The translations under genes were made by a program, and so were the position numbers. A stretch of DNA of 28,446 bases from an uncultured Pirellulales bacterium (lineage in GTDB: Bacteria; Planctomycetota; Planctomycetia; Pirellulales; CAYNRE01), in the NCBI GenBank assembly GCA_964434905.1, contig CAYSXM010000001.1:1-28446 (forward strand). Direction: 5' to 3'. Of this stretch, positions 1-7,209 are shown in pieces. Below the pieces are notes generated by a model. It saw only the letters and a list, made by a program, of their open reading frames with translations. It made no database searches and was not told where the DNA came from. The stretch's first letter is position 1. Every line of letters starts with the position of its first letter.

Positions 1-15
1 CGCTGGCAATGGGTC

Positions 16-40
16 CGGCCGGCGCCGGCCGTCCTTTTTT
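16..40 (+). terminator. Possible intrinsic terminator of an upstream transcript
   Basis: Perfect 16-bp GC palindrome cggccggc|gccggccg (16-31), then tcc and a T6 run (35-40). Confidence 0.5.
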
Positions 41-44
41 CACG

Positions 45-59
45 CCCCCCCCCCCCCCC
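45..59. repeat. C15 homopolymer tract (G15 on minus strand)
   Basis: Direct count: cacg + 15 C + g. The next longest C runs I noticed are 7-8. Confidence 0.9.
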
Positions 60-209
60 GGGTCCAGCGCGTGGGCCACGGGTTCTTGATTTCCTGAAGA
101 CCCGCTGCCCGATGCCGAAAAACCGCGAACCCTACCGGTCTGGCGACCGCTGGCGACTGGTGCCTGGGGGCGGCGCCGGCCGACTGTGCCTGCCAACTGC
201 GCCGGCGGT

Positions 210-215
210 TACAAT
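210..215 (+). promoter_or_regulatory. Candidate -10 box (TACAAT) for the GT2-ligase operon
   Basis: TACAAT 50 bp upstream of ATG 266; only a weak -35 (gtgcct, 186-191, 18-bp spacer). Confidence 0.35.
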
Positions 216-265
216 GGAAAGAATCGGTACCAGGTAGTTCGCCGGTCTGGCCCCGCAGGGCGCGC

Positions 266-2626
266 ATGAGCACGGACAACCAAACTTCGCCCGGCGGTTG
301 GCCGGTGCTGTCGATCGTGGTGCCTTGTTTCAACGAGGCAGCCAACGTGCCCGAACTGGCGCGGCGGTTGTTGACCACCTTCGATGCGTTGGGGTTCGCG
401 GCCGAAGCGCTGCTGGTCGACGATGGCAGCCACGACGGCACACTGCGCGCGGTGCGGGCCGAGGCAGCGCGCGACGCACGGATTCGCCCTTTGGCGCATG
501 CCAGCAATCGGGGTCTATTTGCCGCGTGGCGCACCGGGTTGGCCGAGGCGCGGGGCGACTATTTCGGCGTGATCGATGCCGATTTGCAGTACCAGCCCGA
601 GGACCTGGCGCGGCTGCTGGCGCGGCTGGCGCAGGGCGATTGCGACGTGGCCCAGGGGGTGCGGGTCAATGTGCGCGAAAAGGGGGGCTTGCGGTTCTGG
701 CTCAGCCGGGGTTTCAACGCGCTCTTGAACCTGGCATTTCGCATGGCGTTGGCCGACAACAAGTCGGGTTTTTTCCTGACCCGGCGCGACGCGGCGCTCG
801 ATTTTCTGGACTACGGCAGCCGCTACGTCCACCCGCAATCGTTTGTCATGGTATCGGCGCATCAGCATGGTTACCGCATTGGCGAGCTGCGCACATTCTT
901 TGCGCCGCGCGAGCAGGGCGCATCGTTCTTGGGGCGTTGGCCACTGCTGGCGGCCTGGGTCTGTTTTGTCGACGTGTTGCGCGCGCTGCCTGAGTTTCGC
1001 TGGCGGCGGCGGCGCATCGAGGCAGTGGGGCGGGCCTTGGCGGTGGCCGGGGTCGACGTGCGCCGGGGGTTGCCGGTCCGCGCGCCGGCTGAAGCCCGGC
1101 GCTGGCGGCGCTATGTGCGCGCCATGCCGGTGCATCATTGGATGATTGGCCGCGACGCCGGCGAGTATTACGAGCAGTTGGCGCAGTCGCAGTGGCTTGC
1201 ACGCCCGGCGCTCGAGGAACTGCAGCGCACTCGGCTGGCGCACCTGGTGCGGCATGCCTACCGGCATTCGGCGTTTTATCGTCAGCGGATGGATGCGGCG
1301 GGCATTCGCCCCGAGCGGGTGCAGTCGATGGCCGATTTGGCGGAGCTTCCCCCGCTGACCAAGGACGATATCCGCGCCCATCTGCACGCGGGTTTGTTGG
1401 CCGACAATGTGCAGGTGCGCGACCTGTATCCCATTCGCACCAGCGGCTCGACCGGCAATCCCCTGTTGATGTATGTCGATCGACCGCAACTGGAAATGCG
1501 GTGGGCCGCGACCTTGCGCTCGCAGGAATGGACCGGGTATCGGTTTGGTGATCGCTGCGCGCGGCTGTGGCATCAGACGATCGGCATGTCGCGGCGGCAG
1601 GTGGCACAAGAACGGCTCGACGCCTGGCTTTGTCGGCGGCACTTCGAACCGGCCTGGCAGATGCGGGCAGACAACCTGGCAGCGGTCGTCGAACGGCTCC
1701 GCGGGCATCGCCCGGTGCTGATCGACGGCTACGCCGAGAGCCTCGACCTGTTGGCCCGATTTCTGGCCGAGCAACCGGGAAAGTTTCCGGGGTTGACCGG
1801 CCTGATGTCGTCGGCGCAGACCATGCCGGGGGCCAGCCGCGCGCGGATCGAAGCGGCGTTTGGCGCGCCGGTGTTCGATAAGTATGGCGCTCGCGAGTTC
1901 AGCGGCATCGCCTACGAGTGCGCCGAGCACCAGGGCTATCATGTGGTAGCAGAAAACGTCATCGTCGAGATCGTGCGCGATGGCCGCCCCGCGCGCCCGG
2001 GCGAAATGGGCGAGGTTTGGGTGACCGATCTGAACAACCTGGCGATGCCGCTGTTGCGGTACCGCTTGGGCGACCTGGCACGGGCGATGGACGATCGGCC
2101 GTGTGCCTGTGGTCGGGGGTTGCCGCGGATTGGCGAAGTTCTGGGGCGCACACAGTCGATCGTGGTGGGGACCGAGGGGCAATTGGTGCCGGGGAGTTAT
2201 TTCGCGCACCTGCTCAAGGAATATGACTACGCGATCGAGCGCTTCCAAGTGGTTCAAGAGCGCGTGGGAGAACTGGAGCTGCGCATCGTGCGTGGGGGGC
2301 GTTTTTCGCCTGCGGTCGTCGAGCAAATTCTAGCGCAATTCCACGAGCGTTTGGGTGCCAGCCTGCGGATCGCCGTGCGGTTCGTCGACGAGTTGCCGCT
2401 GGGGCAAACCGGAAAATTCCAACACAGCGTGAGCCGGTTGCGGTTCGATTTCCAGTCGGCCCAGGTGGCGTGTGCACCGCAGGAATGTGGAGACGACCAG
2501 ACCGGCGCCACGCACGATGCAATAGGTCACGGCGCAATGGGTCACGACACTGCGGGGCCCGACAACCCTGCGCAGCGGCAGGCCGATCGTTGGTCTCCAC
2601 CTCGCACAGGGACTTCCAAGGAATAA
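266..2626 (+). CDS. Fusion: N-terminal GT2 (DPM1-like polyprenol-phosphate glycosyltransferase) + C-terminal CapK/phenylacetate-CoA ligase-like adenylate-forming (ANL) domain
   Basis: GT2 motifs LSIVVPCFNE, LLVDDGSHDGT, NRG, IDADLQY (DxD). ANL motifs LPPLTKDDIR, RTSGSTGNP, DKYGAREF, VTDLNNLAMPLLRYRLGD, RFQVVQE. One uninterrupted 786-aa frame. Confidence 0.85.
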   Translation: MSTDNQTSPGGWPVLSIVVPCFNEAANVPELARRLLTTFDALGFAAEALLVDDGSHDGTLRAVRAEAARDARIRPLAHASNRGLFAAWRTGLAEARGDYFGVIDADLQYQPEDLARLLARLAQGDCDVAQGVRVNVREKGGLRFWLSRGFNALLNLAFRMALADNKSGFFLTRRDAALDFLDYGSRYVHPQSFVMVSAHQHGYRIGELRTFFAPREQGASFLGRWPLLAAWVCFVDVLRALPEFRWRRRRIEAVGRALAVAGVDVRRGLPVRAPAEARRWRRYVRAMPVHHWMIGRDAGEYYEQLAQSQWLARPALEELQRTRLAHLVRHAYRHSAFYRQRMDAAGIRPERVQSMADLAELPPLTKDDIRAHLHAGLLADNVQVRDLYPIRTSGSTGNPLLMYVDRPQLEMRWAATLRSQEWTGYRFGDRCARLWHQTIGMSRRQVAQERLDAWLCRRHFEPAWQMRADNLAAVVERLRGHRPVLIDGYAESLDLLARFLAEQPGKFPGLTGLMSSAQTMPGASRARIEAAFGAPVFDKYGAREFSGIAYECAEHQGYHVVAENVIVEIVRDGRPARPGEMGEVWVTDLNNLAMPLLRYRLGDLARAMDDRPCACGRGLPRIGEVLGRTQSIVVGTEGQLVPGSYFAHLLKEYDYAIERFQVVQERVGELELRIVRGGRFSPAVVEQILAQFHERLGASLRIAVRFVDELPLGQTGKFQHSVSRLRFDFQSAQVACAPQECGDDQTGATHDAIGHGAMGHDTAGPDNPAQRQADRWSPPRTGTSKE
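2513..2572 (+). repeat. Degenerate 15-bp in-frame tandem repeat (about 4 units) in the C-terminal tail
   Basis: cacgatgcaataggt / cacggcgcaatgggt / cacgacactgcgggg / cccgacaaccctgcg = HDAIG HGAMG HDTAG PDNPA. Confidence 0.6.
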
Positions 2627-2767
2627 CCGGAACCATTGGTTTTGCGTGCCACGGGCTGGGGCAGCGCGGAAGAGGGGCTGGTCCATCCGACGGGCAGGGC
2701 CCGTGGCCACACGCATCGCGTATCCACCCATGCCACACGGTCCACGTCATTCTTCGGCCGACTCTGA

Positions 2768-2826
2768 CGGGGCGCCGGGTGCCATGGGGCGCGGGGCGCC
2801 GGGTGCCTTGCGGCGCGGAGCGCCGG
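2768..2826 (+). repeat. 24-bp tandem repeat (about 2.5 units) spanning the likely DUF362 start
   Basis: cggggcgccgggtgccatggggcg / cggggcgccgggtgccttgcggcg (2 mismatches) / cggagcgccgg. Confidence 0.75.
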
Positions 2827-4169
2827 TCGCTCTGGCGCGGGTGGCGCCGCACAACCATGGCTTGCACTGCGCTATCGGTGCAGGGTGGGCGGCCTGCCCT
2901 GTGGCCGCGGCGGTCGATCAATTGTGGACGGCGCTCGACGACCCCTGGCAGGCCGTGCCGGTTGGGGGCCGGGTGGTGGTCAAGCCGAACTTTGTGGCCG
3001 ATCGCGATCGCGAACACGTGCTTTCCGACGCCGAACTGGCCGCCACCTGTACCGACACGGTGCTCTTAGAGTTGGTGTTGCGACGCGCCTGGCAGGCGTT
3101 GGGCCAGCGGGGTGAACTACTGGTCGTCGATTCACCCATTGAAGGGACGGACATTCAGGCGACGCTCGACCGGTTGGGCGTGAACCACTGCCTGGCGCGC
3201 TTGCGTGCGGAAGGTATCTCCGTGGCGTTTCGCGATCTGCGCGATTTCACGCTGAAGCGACACTTCTGGCTGGACGATGCGCGATTTGCCAGACGCTCTT
3301 GGAATGTTGGCTGGCTCGAGCGGCAGGCTTTGCCCGGCGACCCCGAGGGCTATCAGGCGATCGACCTGGGCAGGGCCAGCTATTTCGAGGACGGTTTTAC
3401 CGACTTCGACCGCTTGCGGTTCCACCAAAGCGCGCGCGGCAATTTGCGCGCCTGGCACGCCCCGGGTCGGCATGTTTACTGGCTGGCCCGCTGCGCGCTG
3501 GCGGCCGATTTTTTTGTCTCGCTGGCCAAGCTCAAAACACACAAGAAATGCGGCGCCACGTTGGCGATGAAGAACCTGGTGGGGCTCACGCATCGCAAGG
3601 AGTGGATTCCGCACTATCGCCGCGGCGGGCCGCCCGGCGGCGACGAGTTCAACACCGAAACCACTTGGGCGGCGCGGCGCGCCTCGCGCTGGCGACGCGT
3701 GAGCATTCCGGGTGGCCACTCGCTGGTGGTCAATGTGGTGCGTCGTGAAGGCCGGGCGGGCGGCGTGGAATCGGGCAACTGGCATGGCAACGACGTCGTG
3801 TGGCGCGTGGCGCGCGATTTGAACATCGCCTTGCTTCAGACCGATGCCGGGGGCCAATTACAGCCGCGGAGAACTCGCGGCTATCTGGCGCTGATCGATG
3901 GCCTGACCGGTGGCGAAGGCGAGGGCCCGTTGCGACCCGTGCCCGTGGCGTCGGGTGTGCTGGTGGCCGGTTGCGATCCGTTGAGCGTGGATCGCGCGGC
4001 GTGCCGGTTGATGGATTTTCCCAAGGGCAGCGTGCCGATGGTCGAAGCGCCTTTGTGGGGTAGTTATTGGTTGGGGACCAACGATCTGGCGGCGCTGGAT
4101 ATCCGCCCCGCCGAAGCGGCCGACTGGCGGATTCCGTTTCGCCCACCATCGGGCTGGCTCCGCGCGTAA
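2784..4169 (+). CDS. DUF362 domain-containing protein
   Basis: Motifs VVVKPNFV, LLVVDSP, ADFFVSLAKLKTHKKCGATLAMKNLVG, LIDGLTGGEGEGP, LVAGCDPLSVD. Start uncertain: ORF track gives 2646; ATG 2784 chosen because domain-like sequence begins at PVALARV. Confidence 0.8.
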   Translation: MGRGAPGALRRGAPVALARVAPHNHGLHCAIGAGWAACPVAAAVDQLWTALDDPWQAVPVGGRVVVKPNFVADRDREHVLSDAELAATCTDTVLLELVLRRAWQALGQRGELLVVDSPIEGTDIQATLDRLGVNHCLARLRAEGISVAFRDLRDFTLKRHFWLDDARFARRSWNVGWLERQALPGDPEGYQAIDLGRASYFEDGFTDFDRLRFHQSARGNLRAWHAPGRHVYWLARCALAADFFVSLAKLKTHKKCGATLAMKNLVGLTHRKEWIPHYRRGGPPGGDEFNTETTWAARRASRWRRVSIPGGHSLVVNVVRREGRAGGVESGNWHGNDVVWRVARDLNIALLQTDAGGQLQPRRTRGYLALIDGLTGGEGEGPLRPVPVASGVLVAGCDPLSVDRAACRLMDFPKGSVPMVEAPLWGSYWLGTNDLAALDIRPAEAADWRIPFRPPSGWLRA

Positions 4170-4195
4170 GGGCCAGGCAAATTCGCGGCGATCGT

Positions 4196-5044
4196 TCATT
4201 CCGACCGGGCTGGGTCGGCTTCGTTCAAGGTCCAGTCGTAGGGCAAGTAGCTCACCTGGGCCCGGCCGCTGGTGGCCAGGTCGCGGCTGGCATCGTCGGG
4301 CAGGAAGGGGGCGATACGCCGCAGCACGGCCGCCGTGTCGGGACCAAAATCGCGCGCGAAGTAATCCAAGATCCATGACATTTCCAGCCGGCCCCGCGGC
4401 ACATCGGCCCGGAACTTGGTGGGGTCAGCGAAAAAAGCCCGCGCATTGGCGTCGAGTTGTTCGTCGAGGGTCGCCTGGTGATAGGCCTGATTCAAGAGCC
4501 GGGGACAACCCCGCGCCGCGCAGACCAGCGCGAAATGAATTCGCGGATCGCCCAGCGGGCGCAGGCGACGATGCTCGATGGCGTCGAGCGACACCCACTC
4601 GGCGCCGACCGGCAGCAGCAAGTGGTACCAGATGTGGTAGCCCCACCAGCGTGGCGTGTGATTCCGAATGCTCGAGGTCGGATACTCGCGCAAGATGCCC
4701 CGCACCGTGACGGCGTTGTAGGCGTTGATCCAAAACGCCAACTCGGCGGCGCGCGGGCCGTTTTGGTGGAGGTCGCCGTGTGCTAGTTCGGCCAGATAGC
4801 CGTCGAGCGCGGCTACGTCGGCCGGGGTGGCCAGCCAGCCTCGATAGTCCACCAGGCCGGCGTCGTTTACATAGCGCGCCAGTAACTTGTTCCAGGCCCC
4901 GTGTTCGATTGCCGACAGCGGCCGGCGCTCCGCGGCGGGTACCGGTTGCCCCAGTCGCACGCGCTGCTGCCGCTGCCAGCCGATAAGCACGCAGGCTGCG
5001 ACCAGCGCCCCGCCAAGGCCGATGATCCAAGGGCGCGCGGTCAT
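4196..5044 (-). CDS. DUF547 domain-containing protein with N-terminal membrane anchor
   Basis: W..LLARYV...GLVDY, AELAFWINAYNAVTV, SLDAIEH, DPRIHFALVCAARGCP, LDEQLDANARAF, YDWTLN; hydrophobic N-terminus WIIGLGGALVAACVLIGW. Confidence 0.88.
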   Translation of the reverse strand: MTARPWIIGLGGALVAACVLIGWQRQQRVRLGQPVPAAERRPLSAIEHGAWNKLLARYVNDAGLVDYRGWLATPADVAALDGYLAELAHGDLHQNGPRAAELAFWINAYNAVTVRGILREYPTSSIRNHTPRWWGYHIWYHLLLPVGAEWVSLDAIEHRRLRPLGDPRIHFALVCAARGCPRLLNQAYHQATLDEQLDANARAFFADPTKFRADVPRGRLEMSWILDYFARDFGPDTAAVLRRIAPFLPDDASRDLATSGRAQVSYLPYDWTLNEADPARSE

Positions 5045-5262
5045 GCGAACAGCCGCCGTTCTAGCGTCGCGGTGCCAGGATGAAATCGCGTTCGCGGTAC
5101 GGGTCGGGGCCAGGGGCTACTTGGGATAGCCAAGGCGTGCCGCTGGGGGGCCAATTCACACCCATACTTCGGATTTCGCACGTGGCATGCGACCCGGGTG
5201 GTGCGGAGCGCACACCCAGACAGCGTGGGAGCGAACCTGCAGCCCGGCAGCCGCGCGGGGCG

Positions 5263-6639
5263 CTATTTTCCGGCGCTAGCCGGGACGTCGGTGGGACCCA
5301 CGATGCGGACATTGGTCGACAGGAAGTAGGGGGCGCCTTCCTCGCCAAACACTGCTTCGCCGAAGACCGCGGCGAAGCCGGTGGCGGGTACCGGCATTTC
5401 GTAGCGATAGCCATCGGCCGTGGTTTGCACCGGAAACGAAGACCACTTGGCCGGCCGAAAGTCCTTGGTGGGCGAGGTGGCTACCCAGGCGACGACTTCG
5501 CGGGGAGGCTGATCGCTGGACAGGTTCAGGGTCAACTTGTTTTCGGCTTCAGCCAACTTCCACGAGAGCTGGGGTAGTTTCATCTGGCCCGTCATGTGCT
5601 TGTGCAGCGCGCTGATGCTGCCGACCAGCCGTCGGAAATCGTTCAGGCCATGCACGTTGTTAGGCACGTAGAGAATGTATTTCTCGCCTTGCAGATCGTC
5701 CCAATAGATGTTCAACGCGTCGAGGGTCCAGTAGGGATCGTTGGTGCCCATGATCAGCAACTTGGGCTGGGTCAGTGCGTCGCGATAGCTATAGGGGTCG
5801 ACAATGGCCGACAGGGCCTTGCCCTCGGGGGTTTGGTTCTTTCCTTGGATGCCGCGCTTGGTATAGTCCTCGATCTGCACCGAGTACTCGCCCCAGGTGG
5901 CCAACTGATGTTCCATCTGCTTGGTCGTGTTGAGCATGTCGATCACCATCGGGGCAATGGCCTTGGCACGAGGATCGACCGCGCCGGTCAACCAAGTCGT
6001 CCAGCCGCGCTTGCTCGCGCCGGTAACCGTGAAGTTTTTGATGCCGAAGCCCCATTCCTTTTGCGCAAATTCTTGCGCGGCATCCATCGCGCGTACCGCA
6101 CTTTTCACCATGGGCAACAGCAGCGGCCATTCGGGATCGCCGGTTTTTAGATACTCGTCGAACGTATAGGCGATGATTTCGTCTTCCACCTTGCCGTCGA
6201 AAATCGGCTGGAACGGTACGTGGTTCAACAGCACCACCGGCGCGTCGAGCTGCGCCACCACGCTCGACAAGACCGACAGTTCGCCCGGCAGCCGATCCTT
6301 ACTGGCGTCGAAGGGGCGCTCGAAGTGTTCGTCCCAGCCCCCGCCCGAAATCAACATCAGGGCATCCTTGGCCTCGGTCATTTTTGCAGGCCGCAGGATG
6401 ATGACCTGGTGCTTCCAGACGATACCGCGCCAGGTTTGCGAGGTGAGAATCAACTCGGTGGCCACCGTCTTGCCCAGCTCGCGCTCCGAGCGAATGGCCC
6501 AGTGGTAGCTGTCGTCGGGCTTTGCCACATAGGCGGCCAGGGCGCCAGGCGCGGCCTCGGCCGCGTTGGCTCGCGGAAGGGAGCCCGCCAGCACGGCCAC
6601 GCCAAACGCCACACCGATCCACCAGGCCGATCGCGTCAC
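5263..6639 (-). CDS. PhoPQ-activated pathogenicity-related (PqaA-family) secreted alpha/beta hydrolase
   Basis: LTSQTW, W.H.V.I, VPFQP, EDEIIAYTF, WPLLLPMVKSAVRAMD, nucleophile-elbow VTGASKRGWTTWL, IVDPYSY, GTNDPYW, VPNNVH. Start moved to GTG 6639 (SD GAGGAG upstream; signal-peptide-like N-terminus ending RANA). Confidence 0.85.
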   Translation of the reverse strand: MTRSAWWIGVAFGVAVLAGSLPRANAAEAAPGALAAYVAKPDDSYHWAIRSERELGKTVATELILTSQTWRGIVWKHQVIILRPAKMTEAKDALMLISGGGWDEHFERPFDASKDRLPGELSVLSSVVAQLDAPVVLLNHVPFQPIFDGKVEDEIIAYTFDEYLKTGDPEWPLLLPMVKSAVRAMDAAQEFAQKEWGFGIKNFTVTGASKRGWTTWLTGAVDPRAKAIAPMVIDMLNTTKQMEHQLATWGEYSVQIEDYTKRGIQGKNQTPEGKALSAIVDPYSYRDALTQPKLLIMGTNDPYWTLDALNIYWDDLQGEKYILYVPNNVHGLNDFRRLVGSISALHKHMTGQMKLPQLSWKLAEAENKLTLNLSSDQPPREVVAWVATSPTKDFRPAKWSSFPVQTTADGYRYEMPVPATGFAAVFGEAVFGEEGAPYFLSTNVRIVGPTDVPASAGK

Positions 6640-7002
6640 GGAAGTGCTCCTCAACGATGTAGGGAAGAAGGATGCCGGGCCGGTGGCCACGACAAGGTTT
6701 CAGACGGTGTTTCCAGGAATCGCTATTCGCCAGAACACCTGACCAACGCGACCGATCGCCACGCTGCACGAACCCGGCACGCTGCACAACCAAGCAGATT
6801 GCCAGCCGAGTGCCATATTATTCCTTGGCAGGGCGAGGTTCACAACCGGCCGCCGACCAACGGCAATGCGCGCTGCATCGCCCGCGCAACCCCAGGGGGG
6901 CGGCGAAACCAAGCCGGTTGAGTTCTGTAGCACCGCACCTGTCGGGAATACCCGGTGCCGGGTCGGTGGGTTTCAATTGGCGGTCTCGGGGCAGCGGCGC
7001 AA

Positions 7003-7021
7003 GCTAGGCAGGCTGCCTAGC
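7003..7021. other. Perfect inverted repeat in the divergent pqaA/bamA intergenic region (operator or hairpin)
   Basis: gctaggca-ggc-tgcctagc, 8-bp arms. Confidence 0.4.
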
Positions 7022-7209
7022 AAGGCCCCCCCCACTTGGCACGACACGCGGGCGGAAGTCGCCTTGTGGCCTGTTGGGGGTTCGGATATCTGTACGCCGC
7101 CGCGCGGCCTGCCGTCTCGTCTTTTCCGTCGCGTGGTCGCCTGGGCAGCCCGGTGCTGCCTCTTGTCGATGGTCTCTTCTGGTCTTTTGTGCCTACGGAA
7201 CCGCACTGC

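Noticed and set aside
40-534. 164-aa minus-strand ORF ending in GGGGA through the poly-C tract
   Set aside because: Overlaps the GT2 start, is Arg/Ala-rich with no domain; no evidence the tract lies in a real CDS.
515-2326. 603-aa minus-strand ORF
   Set aside because: Antisense shadow of the GT2-ligase gene, with no recognisable motifs; long stop-free reverse frames are expected at this GC content.
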